Shown: one piece after another, positions 1 to 9,112 of the stretch
How positions within the stretch are numbered: the first letter of the stretch is position 1
Layout of the letters: each line of letters begins with the position of its first letter
Assembly (NCBI GenBank): GCA_964461435.1
Contig: CAYWUI010000002.1
Span: 72-64,071, forward strand
From: an uncultured Bacteroidales bacterium
GTDB taxonomy: Bacteria; Bacteroidota; Bacteroidia; Bacteroidales; UBA10428
DNA: 64,000 bases
Direction: 5' to 3'
Made by a program: the position numbers and the translations under genes
The notes under the pieces: generated by a model
Told to the model about the DNA's origin: nothing
What the model saw: the letters and a program-made list of their open reading frames with translations, nothing else
Databases searched by the model: none

Positions 1-77
1 CTTTCATCTTTAAATAAACCATTTTCTTTTATACTATTTATTTCTTGCTGCAGATACGATTTCATTTTACTGAACAT
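1..77 (-). CDS. kbl: 2-amino-3-ketobutyrate CoA ligase (glycine C-acetyltransferase), first 25 codons only; gene continues past the left edge
   Basis: Minus-strand ATG at 75-77 gives MFSKMKSYLQQEINSIKENGLFKDE. The GLFK(D/E)E segment is the conserved N-terminus of Kbl-type aminotransferases. The position directly after tdh is the classical tdh/kbl pairing. It is absent from the ORF track because the window cuts it. Confidence 0.5.
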   Translation of the reverse strand, partial: MFSKMKSYLQQEINSIKENGLFKDE

Positions 78-116
78 AATATTCCCTTTCTTTATTTAAC
101 TGATATGTTTTTAAGG

Positions 117-697
117 TTACATCCAATTCAGGATAATTTTCCCGGATAAGCAGGAACTCATTAGTTCGAAACCCTCCTCAAATTGAGTATAATGGAAACG
201 ATGGGTGATCACCGGCATTAAATCCAGGCCGCCCTGTACCATAACTGTCATTTTATACCATGTCTCAAACATTTTACGACCAAATATCCCTTTTATAGTT
301 AATCCGTTGAAAACGATCAGGTCCCGGTTAATTTTAGTTTCCGGCTGCAGAATACCCGGGAGAGCAATATTACCCCCATGTACCATATTCTCCAGCATAT
401 CTTCAAATGCCTGTCCGTTACCTGACATTTCCAGTCCGACATCAAATCCTTCGGTCATTCCCAATTCTTTCTGAATATCTTTTAAATTTTCTTTCCTCAC
501 ATCAACTACCCGTGTAGCGCCCATTTTTTTTGCCAGCTCTAATCTATAAGGATTGACGTCTGTTATTACAACATATCTTGCTCCCGCATGCCTTGTAATT
601 GCGGCTGCTATAATACCTATGGGACCTGCTCCCGTTATCAGGACATCTTCACCAAGAAGATCAAATGACAATGCTGTATGAGTTGCGTTACCAATAG
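117..697 (-). pseudogene. tdh: L-threonine 3-dehydrogenase, 5'-truncated remnant (C-terminal NAD-binding half only)
   Basis: The translation [33 protein letters not shown]...FETWYKM...GKIILNW matches the second half of Tdh. The track's M at 671 is a TTG. The frame stays open up to an in-frame TAA at 711-713. Similarity ends near 697, and only 84 nt remain before the next gene, so the N-terminal catalytic domain is missing. Confidence 0.6.
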
Positions 698-754
698 GAC
701 AGCCCCCATATTAAATAGAAAATGGTTCTATTGTAAAAATACGGGCGCTGTTTC
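696..754. repeat. Degenerate inverted-repeat copy of the GC-rich element seen at 27118-27270
   Basis: AGGACAGCCCCCAT (696-709) matches GGGACAGCGCCCAT at 12/14. ACGGGCGCTGTTTC (741-754) matches ATGGGCGCTGTCCC at 11/14. The two arms are in inverted orientation and 31 nt apart. The spacer has its own 6-bp hairpin (ATAGAA aatgg TTCTAT). The element abuts the stop codon at 755-757. Confidence 0.55.
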
Positions 755-1996
755 TTAACCGATGATAGATTTTATACGCTTGTCAAGCTGTGCCTGGTCG
801 TGTGCAAATGATGCCAGTCCGGCAAGATTTAGCAGGGTATCAATTGCCAGCTCACCACTTGCAATACGGACAGCCCATTTTTTATGTACAGGAATTTTCC
901 CGTCTTCTGCAATGATATTCAAGTCACCATCTGACATTTCAGGAAAAAGATCGGCACACCCTGCATCCCTTGCCAGCTTTATCAGTTCCCTGGCCGAAGC
1001 AGGCGTACTTCTTCCAAGCTCTTTTACCAGCTCCATTTCTTTTTCACTTACATCCCAGAGCTTATTAATAAATAACTCATCAGGATTAGTATTATCGTAC
1101 ATATTAATAATGTAATCCTCATTCGTCCTGTTATAAAAAATACCATTCAAATCTGTCGGTGCTGATTTTGCCACTTTCACGGGCATAGTAAATACATTTA
1201 CTCCGGCCAGCAACGGCAGTTGCTCTGTGCTTCTCAGACTAGCTGCTATAAGCTTTGTTTTGGAAGAATATAAGCCTGTCAGCTCATTAATGATCCTCTG
1301 TGATCCAATAGTAGCTTTTTCACCAACATATCGTCCGTCCCCCAGTTCATTACTTTTAAAATAAGACCCCAGCCTGCCTAAAAACACATTCTGGTAAGCC
1401 GGCCGGGAAATGACTGCTACCAGGGCATTTTGCCTGGCACTGAATCCGAGGGTTAAATTAACAGGAACTCCCAGCTCACCCAGCTTCTTTGCCCCAATTA
1501 AGCCGGCTGCAGTATATGGCACCTTTACCAGGAAATTGTCCGGATGGATATCGTGAAATCTTAAACCATATTCAACCATACCATCTATATCGTGGGCCAA
1601 ATCTGTATGCAGCTCAACGCTCACTTTGCCTCCGAATATACTAACAAGTCTTAGTCCGTGCCTTGCATTTAAAATAAACGCTATTTCAATGATACGGCTT
1701 TGAATATCCAGGTTTTTTAAAAGACTATCTGTTCTGGCAATAAATGTATCATATATACCCTTTTGTATCTCCTGGTTAAGAAGGGTATTATTTGTTGTAA
1801 GTCCTGTCATCTCGGAGGTCCATATTTCTGAAGCACTTTCAATATCACCGGTATCAAGCCACAGCTCGGTCCCTGTACTGATGAGACCTGACCAGAATTT
1901 AGATGAGCCTGCTCTAATCCTGTCTTTGCGGGTTTCAATACCTTCACTGGAAATATTTTTAATATCTTCAGCAAGTTTGGAATTAGCAGAAATCAT
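755..1996 (-). CDS. Transaldolase-family protein (long form with a C-terminal extension of about 120 aa)
   Basis: 413-aa ORF with transaldolase-type motifs (WLDTGD, TTNNTLL, the Schiff-base lysine context FLVKVP) and TIM-barrel-length spacing. Confidence 0.75.
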   Translation of the reverse strand: MISANSKLAEDIKNISSEGIETRKDRIRAGSSKFWSGLISTGTELWLDTGDIESASEIWTSEMTGLTTNNTLLNQEIQKGIYDTFIARTDSLLKNLDIQSRIIEIAFILNARHGLRLVSIFGGKVSVELHTDLAHDIDGMVEYGLRFHDIHPDNFLVKVPYTAAGLIGAKKLGELGVPVNLTLGFSARQNALVAVISRPAYQNVFLGRLGSYFKSNELGDGRYVGEKATIGSQRIINELTGLYSSKTKLIAASLRSTEQLPLLAGVNVFTMPVKVAKSAPTDLNGIFYNRTNEDYIINMYDNTNPDELFINKLWDVSEKEMELVKELGRSTPASARELIKLARDAGCADLFPEMSDGDLNIIAEDGKIPVHKKWAVRIASGELAIDTLLNLAGLASFAHDQAQLDKRIKSIIG

Positions 1997-2203
1997 TATC
2001 TTAAGATTTATATTTTTAAGTTATCGATTAATAAATATTTATTTGTCCTGAATGGCCTTATAACAAAATTATTAAAAATATTTTATGATTGCTCAATAAG
2101 GACTGTTTACATCATTGAGCATACTTAGTAAAAGGCTGCCCTTTTAAGCCAGACTCTCTTTAGGCAAGTATCTGGTACCCATATTTATAGTGAAAAAATC
2201 ACT

Positions 2204-2383
2204 TCACCACGGCATCCTGAATAAAATAATTACAGGAATGCCGCTGCTTTGATCAGTAACAACCCCGGAAACCGAAATTACCTGGGCTATTAATACCTGG
2301 CTGCTTATTATAAAAAATAATAAAGCCAGAAAAAATTGCATTAACAACCGGTAATGCAATTTGAGTTTTAATCTTTTTTTCAT
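2204..2383 (-). pseudogene. N-terminal fragment of a SusC/TonB-dependent-receptor-type gene (signal peptide plus start of the carboxypeptidase-regulatory-like domain)
   Basis: 59-codon ORF, below the track cutoff: MKKRLKLKLHYRLLMQFFLALLFFIISSQVLIAQVISVSGVVTDQSSGIPVIILFRMPW*. The AQ-x-ISVSGVVTDxxSGxPV pattern is the standard start of Bacteroidota SusC-like receptors. Compare the intact receptor in this window, AQSYISGRVTNRKGESLTGANI. No continuation is visible in any frame. Confidence 0.4.
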
Positions 2384-2651
2384 AAATATAGGTTTTAGGT
2401 AAAATATCGCGTAGCAATGTTATTTCAGGATCCGTGAAATATATGATCTTTTTGCCTAACGGAACTTACTGTTATGATAAAGAATATATGACATTATGTT
2501 AAAGAAAAAAGGGATCTAAAGGCATAATCATTGAAGTTATTATGCCGCAGCGTAAAGAAAAAGAATATGCTAAAAGCAAAGTAAAAGACGGAAGAACAAG
2601 ATACTTTACCGGTAAATCATAATTTAATTATGCGAAGCAGGACAGAATACT

Positions 2652-3080
2652 TTAATACTCGACAGTCTCCTCAACCTCAACATAACTCATGGGAATATTT
2701 ATCATTGATTCAATAAATTTTCCCAGCTCATACATATCATCATCTCCTATTTCATAAGACCAGCTGATACTCATATTTTTCTCATTTTCATCGTATGCCT
2801 TGTCAAGGATCTCAAGAATTGTAAGTATGAATTTCGAGGAGCTTGTGTTTATGTACTCGAATTTGAGGTTTATTGTAGTACTGGGAGCCGGATTCTCTAT
2901 GTATTTTTTAACCCATTCAATTATAGGGCCAAAAAGCTTCAAAGGATTTTCAGGAATAGACCTGCCCGAAAATTCCAATAATCCGCTCTTTAAACTGACC
3001 ATTAAAGATTCCGATGTCGGTTCAATAACGAGTGCTTCGATAACGTTATTTTTCTCATCTGTCAATTTTGCAGTACTCAT
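2652..3080 (-). CDS. DUF1987 / SiaC-family regulatory phosphoprotein
   Basis: 142 aa. FSGRSIPENPLKLFGPIIEWVKKYI...INLKFEYINTSSSKFILTILEIL reproduces the family signature (G-x-S-x-PEN, F-x-P-(I/V)-x-W, Y-(I/L)-NTSS-x-K). Confidence 0.8.
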   Translation of the reverse strand: MSTAKLTDEKNNVIEALVIEPTSESLMVSLKSGLLEFSGRSIPENPLKLFGPIIEWVKKYIENPAPSTTINLKFEYINTSSSKFILTILEILDKAYDENEKNMSISWSYEIGDDDMYELGKFIESMINIPMSYVEVEETVEY

Positions 3081-3296
3081 AGTTAAAATAAATAATTTAG
3101 GTTTCCTTCACTTATTTCATACGCTTTTCATATGCAAAATGATTTGTATATTCCTCTTATTTTGATTAAACGGGAGAAATCATTGATTAATTGAACATTC
3201 GGATAAGCATACAATAACGGCCCCTGTATAACTCTTTGATATACTTTATGTTAAGTTTAACGTGCAAGGATTAATGTATCCCTGTAAATTTCAGTA

Positions 3297-5732
3297 TTAT
3301 CCCATTATTACCTCTACTTTATGCTCTGTTCCCGTATCAAATACCGGGATTACATTACCCTCAGTTTCCCTGCCATCGACGGTTAAAAGTTTTATACCCT
3401 TTGATACATGGTCAGGATTTCTTATTTCTATCCTGTATTTTGCGCCCCTGAATATTCGGTTAACAACATACCCGTCCCACTTCCCGGGAATGCACGGATC
3501 AACTTTTATTCCTTCATAATCAGGCTGTATACCCAATATATATTGCGTAATAGCATAATAGTTCCATGCAGCGGTACCGGTAAGCCATGAATTCTTTGCC
3601 TCGCCGGGCTTACGGGCATCTTTGCCGGCAATCATTTGTGAATAAACATAAGGTTCGGTTTTATGCAGAACATGAATATCTTCAAGGTAGGAGGGGCATA
3701 TCTTTTTATAGTACTCCCATGCCCTATCGCCATTGCCGGCCAGTGTTTCGCCGATCATGATCCATGGATTATTGTGGCAGAACACCCCTGCATTTTCCTT
3801 GTATCCTTCAGGATACGATGATATCTCTCCGTACTTTACTATGTATTCCGTGAATGCCGGATTATTCAATACTATGCCATACTTACAATCGAGATATTTC
3901 TTCACTGACTCCAGTGCCTTACGGGCACGGCCATTTTCTAATCCTATACCGGCCATGATACATATGCCCTGTGATTCGATGAATATTTTTCCTTCTTTTT
4001 GTTCCCTGCTCCCCACCTTTTCCCCGAAATGATCATAAGCCCTGATGAACCACTCACCATCCCACCCATGCTCATCTATAGCTTTTTTCATATTCTCCAC
4101 ATGTATAGCCGCCTTACCCGCTTCATCCTCCCTGTTAAGTCTTTTGCATATTTCAATGAAGTCCCTGCCAAACAAAACAAACATACCTGCTATAAATACC
4201 GATTCCGCAATACCTCCCTCTTTATTTTCCGTTGTCTGAAATGATTCTCCCGGTGTTTCTGAAAAACAGTTCAGGTTCAGGCAATCGTTCCAGTCAGCCC
4301 TTCCAATTAATGGCAGATTATGCTGTCCCAGGTTATTAACGACATGATAAAATGAACGTTTCAGGTGCTCAAACAAACTGGCTTTATTGGACTCATCATT
4401 ATCAAAAGGCACTGATTCATCAAGAATACTCCAGTCACCTGTTTCCTTTATATATTCGACAGTAGAGAGAATAAGCCATAAGGGATCATCATTGAAATTG
4501 CTTCCTATCTCATTGTTGCCGCGCTTTGTCAGGGGCTGGTACTGGTGATAGGCACCCCCATCATCAAACTGTGTTGAAGCGATATCTATTATCCTTTCCC
4601 TCGCCCTTTCGGGTATCTGATGCACAAACCCAATAAGATCCTGGTTCGAATCACGAAATCCCATACCCCGGCCAATGCCTGACTCAAAATACGAGGCACT
4701 GCGGCTGAAATTGAAAGTAACCATGCACTGGTACTGGTTCCATATATTCACCATCCTGTTTAACCTTTCATCAGGATGCTCAAGGTTATAAACAGATAAT
4801 AAATCATCCCAGAATTTCTTTAACTCTCTAAAAGCGAGGTCTACATCGCCGGGAGTTTGAAACTTTGCTATCATCTCCCTGGCAGGTTTCTTATTTATAA
4901 CCTGCTTTGCTGAAAACTTCTCTTTTACCGGATTTTCAACATAGCCCAGGATAAATATTAACCCCGTATTTTCTCCTGCTTTAAGTTCTATATCAATACA
5001 GTGTGAGGCGACAGGAGACCAGCCGTGGGCTACCGAATTTCGGGGCTTGCCTTCAATAACGGCATCCGGACTGTCAAAGCCGTTGTAAAGTCCGATAAAT
5101 GATTCCCTGTCAGTATCAAATCCTGAAATCTTTGTATTTACAGTATAAAAGGCATAATGATCTCTTCTCTCCCTGTATTCTGTCTTGTGATATATCGTTG
5201 AACCTTCTATTTCCACCTGTCCTGTTGAAAAGTTACGCTGAAAATTTGTTGTATCCTCATGCGCATCCCACAGGCACCATTCAACGAATGAGAACAGCCT
5301 GAATTTTTTGACAGTATTTGATTTATTGGTTAGTTTAAGCTTCTGCACTTCTCCCAGGTATTTTAAAGGAACCATATATAATACCTCAGCTTCTATTCCA
5401 TTCCTTTCTCCCTTGATTATTGTGTATCCCAGTCCGTGCCGGCACTCGTAGCTGTCCAGTTCAGCCTTTACGGGCTTCCATCCGGGAGACCACACATCAC
5501 CCTTTGCATTAATATAAAAATATTTACCGCCGGCATCCATTGGTATGTTATTGTACCTGTAACGGGTAATCCTCCTTAACCGCGCATCTTTATAGAAACT
5601 GTATCCTCCCGCAGTATTGGAAATCAAAGAAAAAAAATCTTCATTACCCAGGTAATTTATCCAGGGCCATGGAGTCTTTGGATTAGTAATAATGTATTCC
5701 CTGTCTTCATCATCAAAATAACCGAATTTCAT
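3297..5732 (-). CDS. GH94 cellobiose/cellodextrin (or chitobiose) phosphorylase
   Basis: 811 aa with no signal peptide. The N-terminus [26 protein letters not shown] and the overall length are typical of cellobiose phosphorylases. Confidence 0.9.
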   Translation of the reverse strand: MKFGYFDDEDREYIITNPKTPWPWINYLGNEDFFSLISNTAGGYSFYKDARLRRITRYRYNNIPMDAGGKYFYINAKGDVWSPGWKPVKAELDSYECRHGLGYTIIKGERNGIEAEVLYMVPLKYLGEVQKLKLTNKSNTVKKFRLFSFVEWCLWDAHEDTTNFQRNFSTGQVEIEGSTIYHKTEYRERRDHYAFYTVNTKISGFDTDRESFIGLYNGFDSPDAVIEGKPRNSVAHGWSPVASHCIDIELKAGENTGLIFILGYVENPVKEKFSAKQVINKKPAREMIAKFQTPGDVDLAFRELKKFWDDLLSVYNLEHPDERLNRMVNIWNQYQCMVTFNFSRSASYFESGIGRGMGFRDSNQDLIGFVHQIPERARERIIDIASTQFDDGGAYHQYQPLTKRGNNEIGSNFNDDPLWLILSTVEYIKETGDWSILDESVPFDNDESNKASLFEHLKRSFYHVVNNLGQHNLPLIGRADWNDCLNLNCFSETPGESFQTTENKEGGIAESVFIAGMFVLFGRDFIEICKRLNREDEAGKAAIHVENMKKAIDEHGWDGEWFIRAYDHFGEKVGSREQKEGKIFIESQGICIMAGIGLENGRARKALESVKKYLDCKYGIVLNNPAFTEYIVKYGEISSYPEGYKENAGVFCHNNPWIMIGETLAGNGDRAWEYYKKICPSYLEDIHVLHKTEPYVYSQMIAGKDARKPGEAKNSWLTGTAAWNYYAITQYILGIQPDYEGIKVDPCIPGKWDGYVVNRIFRGAKYRIEIRNPDHVSKGIKLLTVDGRETEGNVIPVFDTGTEHKVEVIMG

Positions 5733-5748
5733 AATTTACAGTTTCTAA

Positions 5749-5798
5749 TTATTTGGCTCATTCGCTATTCCATGATTATTAAATAGTTAGCCAAATAA
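5749..5798 (-). promoter_or_regulatory. Inverted repeat / leader hairpin just upstream of the GH94 start codon
   Basis: TTATTTGGCT (5749-5758) and AGCCAAATAA (5789-5798) form a perfect 10-bp inverted repeat. An inner 5-bp pair CTATT (5765-5769) / AATAG (5782-5786) extends it. The structure ends 16 nt before the ATG at 5732. Confidence 0.35.
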
Positions 5799-6013
5799 GA
5801 TTCAACAAAAACTTCTATCGCTAAAGATATCGGAATCGGATCTATAATCCTAATTTATACCAAATAATTTATATTTTTGTTATACCTCACTTTACTGCCA
5901 AAATATTTTTTAATAACCGTAAAATTTATTAATTTAGTTTAAGCAGTAATCAAAATTAAAAGAAGTAACAAATTTATAATCCTGGCAATAAACCGGGGAT
6001 ATAAGCACATAAA

Positions 6014-6376
6014 ATGGATTATCTTATTGGAATATCCGATGACAAGTCTTTTGTGATCGTTAATCTGAAAAAAACAGTGCCTTCAACTTATGTGTTGATC
6101 TTCACAAAGGAATCTGTCAGGCTTGCCAAAAAATTTGGCATTAACAGTTTCCTTTTTGATATACGTACCATTGATAATACATGGGGGACCCTCGAAAAAT
6201 ATACCTTTGCCAAGGAACTTGAAAAATTTGACCGCAAACGCCATGATAGGGTAGCACTGCTCGTAGCATCCATGAATAAAACCCATGATTTCATAGAGAC
6301 CGTTACACGCAACCAGGGCTTTAACACGCGAATTTTTACCCGCCATAACGATGCTGTTGACTGGCTAAAACAGTAA
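6014..6376 (+). CDS. Small SpoIIAA/STAS-like single-domain protein (uncharacterised)
   Basis: 120 aa. The pattern FLFDIR...RVALLV...RIF...AVDWLKQ resembles SpoIIAA-like/STAS-type domains. It shares the C-terminal A(V/L)DWL(K/R) ending with the ORF at 7590-8012. Confidence 0.5.
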   Translation: MDYLIGISDDKSFVIVNLKKTVPSTYVLIFTKESVRLAKKFGINSFLFDIRTIDNTWGTLEKYTFAKELEKFDRKRHDRVALLVASMNKTHDFIETVTRNQGFNTRIFTRHNDAVDWLKQ

Positions 6377-6471
6377 ATAAAAAACAAACAATTTTGTATT
6401 TCCAACGTAAAGGTTTACTTTAACCTGTTTTTTATATAAAAGCAATTACTTTACTTATAAAAATTATTTAA

Positions 6472-7518
6472 ATGAAAAATATATATGCAGCTTTTTTAAT
6501 AGCACTTGTTATCACGATTAAGTTAAACGGACAGGTACAGGAGTTGTGTGCCCCTGAATCAACACCCGTAATGGATGGGGAATACCATGTATCGAACAAT
6601 GTCTGGGGTGACGGAGATGGAGTGGGAGACCAGTGCCTCAATGTAAATCCTGATACATCATTCTTTGAAGTATCACTGTCCACTCATGATGATCCGCAAG
6701 TTTGCGCATATCCTTTCATTTTCAAAGGATGTCACTGGGGATGGTGCACCTCCAAAGATAATCCCTTGCCCAAAAAGATAAGTGAAATAGCAAGTGCCCC
6801 CATTACATGGGTTATCAGCACAGATGGTGCTTCGGGAACGTGGAATGCTGCATATGAATCCTGGTTTGATTCCACAGGCTCCGGATCCGATTACAACGGT
6901 GAAATGATGATCTGGATCGGTTATAACGGGGGCGCATCACCGGGGGGGTCAAAGGTTGGGACTCTTAGCGCGGGAGGTCATGACTGGGATGTATATTTTG
7001 CAGAATGGTGGGTTAACTATATTGCCTACAGGATAAAAAATGTTACTGACAGTGTTAGCATCGACGTCCGGGATTTTATACATGACGCGGTAAATCGCGG
7101 ATACCTTGAAGAGGACTGGTATATGCATAATATGGAAGCAGGTTTTGAAATATGGAGGGATGGCCAGGGTCTTACAACACATTCGTTCTCAGCGTCAATA
7201 ACAGAAGGAGTATACACTTCCATCAGTGAAGGCTATGGCACCGACATAAAATCCGGATCCTTTAACGGACAAAACACTCCAAATCCCTTTAATGAGTCTA
7301 CTGCAATATCATATTCATTGTATGAACCTGCCTTTGTATCAATAAAAATATCTGATATGTGGGGGCAAGAGGTACATTCCTTAGTAAATGCTGCACAGCA
7401 AGCCGGAAACCATAAGGTAAATTTTAAAGCAAACGGACTGCCAGGGGGAATCTATATTTACAAATTGTATGTCAGGGATAATTTTGTTGATGCAAGAAGA
7501 ATGATCATAGTGCGTTAA
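6472..7518 (+). CDS. GH12 endo-beta-1,4-glucanase with T9SS type A C-terminal sorting domain
   Basis: Signal peptide, NNVWG motif, nucleophile context NGEMMIW, and acid/base context MEAGFEIW. The C-terminal ~80 aa are NPFNESTAISYSL...GGIYIYKL...RMIIVR (Por secretion tail). Confidence 0.85.
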   Translation: MKNIYAAFLIALVITIKLNGQVQELCAPESTPVMDGEYHVSNNVWGDGDGVGDQCLNVNPDTSFFEVSLSTHDDPQVCAYPFIFKGCHWGWCTSKDNPLPKKISEIASAPITWVISTDGASGTWNAAYESWFDSTGSGSDYNGEMMIWIGYNGGASPGGSKVGTLSAGGHDWDVYFAEWWVNYIAYRIKNVTDSVSIDVRDFIHDAVNRGYLEEDWYMHNMEAGFEIWRDGQGLTTHSFSASITEGVYTSISEGYGTDIKSGSFNGQNTPNPFNESTAISYSLYEPAFVSIKISDMWGQEVHSLVNAAQQAGNHKVNFKANGLPGGIYIYKLYVRDNFVDARRMIIVR

Positions 7519-7589
7519 CAGACGTATATAATGATTTTTAAAATACATAAGATTTTATTAATTTTAATACAATTATATACATATAAAAA

Positions 7590-8012
7590 ATGAAACTTCC
7601 CGTAAATATTCGCGGTATGGCTACTGTAAATATTGAGGAGGAAGGTATCATAAAGATAAAAATTCTACCCAATGCCAGCATAGAAGCGGACACAGCCAAA
7701 GCCATTGTAAAAAATGCCGGTGAAATAGCGGGATCTTACATACATGCAAACCTTGTCGATATCAGGGATATGGTTTTTATGTCAAGGGAGGCAAGGGCCT
7801 ACTTTGGAAAACAAGATAAATCTATTGTTATAGCTGTGGCAATTTTAATGAACTCAGCATTTCACAGTGTGCTATCGAATTTATACATAACTGTCACCAT
7901 GCCCAGTATCCCTACCAAAGTTTTTGAAAGGGAGATCGATGCCCTTGACTGGCTCAGGAAAAAAATAAATGAATCCCCGCAAGATAAGATTTTAAAAAAA
8001 GTACAAGACTGA
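7590..8012 (+). CDS. Small STAS/SEC14-like single-domain protein (uncharacterised)
   Basis: 140 aa. LVDIRDMVFMSREARAYF...AVAILMNS...KVFEREIDALDWLRK is typical of SpoIIAA-like sensor-less domains. It looks like a paralog-type partner of 6014-6376. Confidence 0.5.
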   Translation: MKLPVNIRGMATVNIEEEGIIKIKILPNASIEADTAKAIVKNAGEIAGSYIHANLVDIRDMVFMSREARAYFGKQDKSIVIAVAILMNSAFHSVLSNLYITVTMPSIPTKVFEREIDALDWLRKKINESPQDKILKKVQD

Positions 8013-8032
8013 TACTCCGCTCTCAGGCAGTA

Positions 8033-9007
8033 TTAATCTTCTTCAAAATATTCAAAAGCATCAATAATATCCAGATAAACCCCGTCAAAACCCTTGCTTA
8101 TAATCTTGCCGAGGTATGAACTCTCACTTCCATAAATAATGTTCTTCCATTCCTCCTTCCAGTACCTGACTTTATAGTTACCTTCCCATTCGAGGTTCTC
8201 ACCGGCAAGCCATGCCGGGGGATGGTTCTTCCAGTCACTGTGCCAGTAGTAACGATAATCTTCTGCTTCACCAATGCTCATATATGAAACGACTAACCTC
8301 ATACCACCGTTATTTTTCGATTTCAGCGTGTTTATCTCGGAGACCGAATATTCTTCTTCATCAAAAAAATAGTCAATTATTAGAAGGTCGTAATTTGTTT
8401 CCGATAAAGCGGTAATAAATTCCTGCTTTGAGGTAAAGTTCTCAGGGTTGAGCAAATAAAGGAAGTTTTTCGCACCGGCAAGTGAGTTAATATCATTTGC
8501 GTTGACGTTGTTGGGCTCCCCGGGATAACCGGGAATAACACTCAACTCTCTGTCAGGGGCCGCAAATGAGATATATCCCTTTGCTGCATTTTTGGCATAG
8601 GATTCATCCATTTCAGGGTGTGAAAAGCAGTAGTCCGTTACGAGAACCTCCACATCAGCGTCCTCACATACATCAAGAAATACCATCATATAGTCCCTGT
8701 CTGCTTTTGGCGTTTCCTGGTCATCTTCATCATAACCAAAGAACAGGTCTTCACGGCCGACCCCGTCAATAGAGTTCAGGTATTCAGTATCCGGTGCCCC
8801 GTCAGTATCACCATTATCTGTTACCAGCTCCTGCCCGTTCTGGGGTATGACGATAAAATCCGCGTTGATTCCTTTCGCATAGGCACTAATACCTTCTACA
8901 AAAATCCTCATCTCCTGCTTGTAATCAACATTATCTTCGTTTTCATCACCACCGCAGGAACAATAAACTATTAATGCCGGGAGAAATAAATATTTAAATA
9001 TTTTCAT
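8033..9007 (-). CDS. GH114-related (TM1410/MJ1477-type) TIM-barrel putative glycoside hydrolase, lipoprotein
   Basis: Lipoprotein-like signal ending ...VYCSC. Motifs YMSIGEAEDYRYYW, NYKVRYW..EW and GFDGVYLDIIDAFEY are as in the polygalactosaminidase/TM1410 family. Confidence 0.6.
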   Translation of the reverse strand: MKIFKYLFLPALIVYCSCGGDENEDNVDYKQEMRIFVEGISAYAKGINADFIVIPQNGQELVTDNGDTDGAPDTEYLNSIDGVGREDLFFGYDEDDQETPKADRDYMMVFLDVCEDADVEVLVTDYCFSHPEMDESYAKNAAKGYISFAAPDRELSVIPGYPGEPNNVNANDINSLAGAKNFLYLLNPENFTSKQEFITALSETNYDLLIIDYFFDEEEYSVSEINTLKSKNNGGMRLVVSYMSIGEAEDYRYYWHSDWKNHPPAWLAGENLEWEGNYKVRYWKEEWKNIIYGSESSYLGKIISKGFDGVYLDIIDAFEYFEED

Positions 9008-9112
9008 GGTTCTAATATTTTAACTTATCTCTTAACGCTCTGTTAAAATAAGAAATATTTAATTCAATTATAGTAATAATACTTAAAAATAATTTCCGGA
9101 CATAACCCTCAT

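Noticed and set aside
205-1115. Plus-strand ORFs 205-474 and 762-1115
   Set aside because: They are antisense to the tdh remnant and the transaldolase-family gene. Their composition is typical of shadow frames (S/P/I-rich) and they have no motifs.
4643-4652. GGTTCGAATC, a tRNA T-loop-like string
   Set aside because: It lies inside the GH94 reading frame, and no acceptor, D or anticodon stems can be drawn around it.
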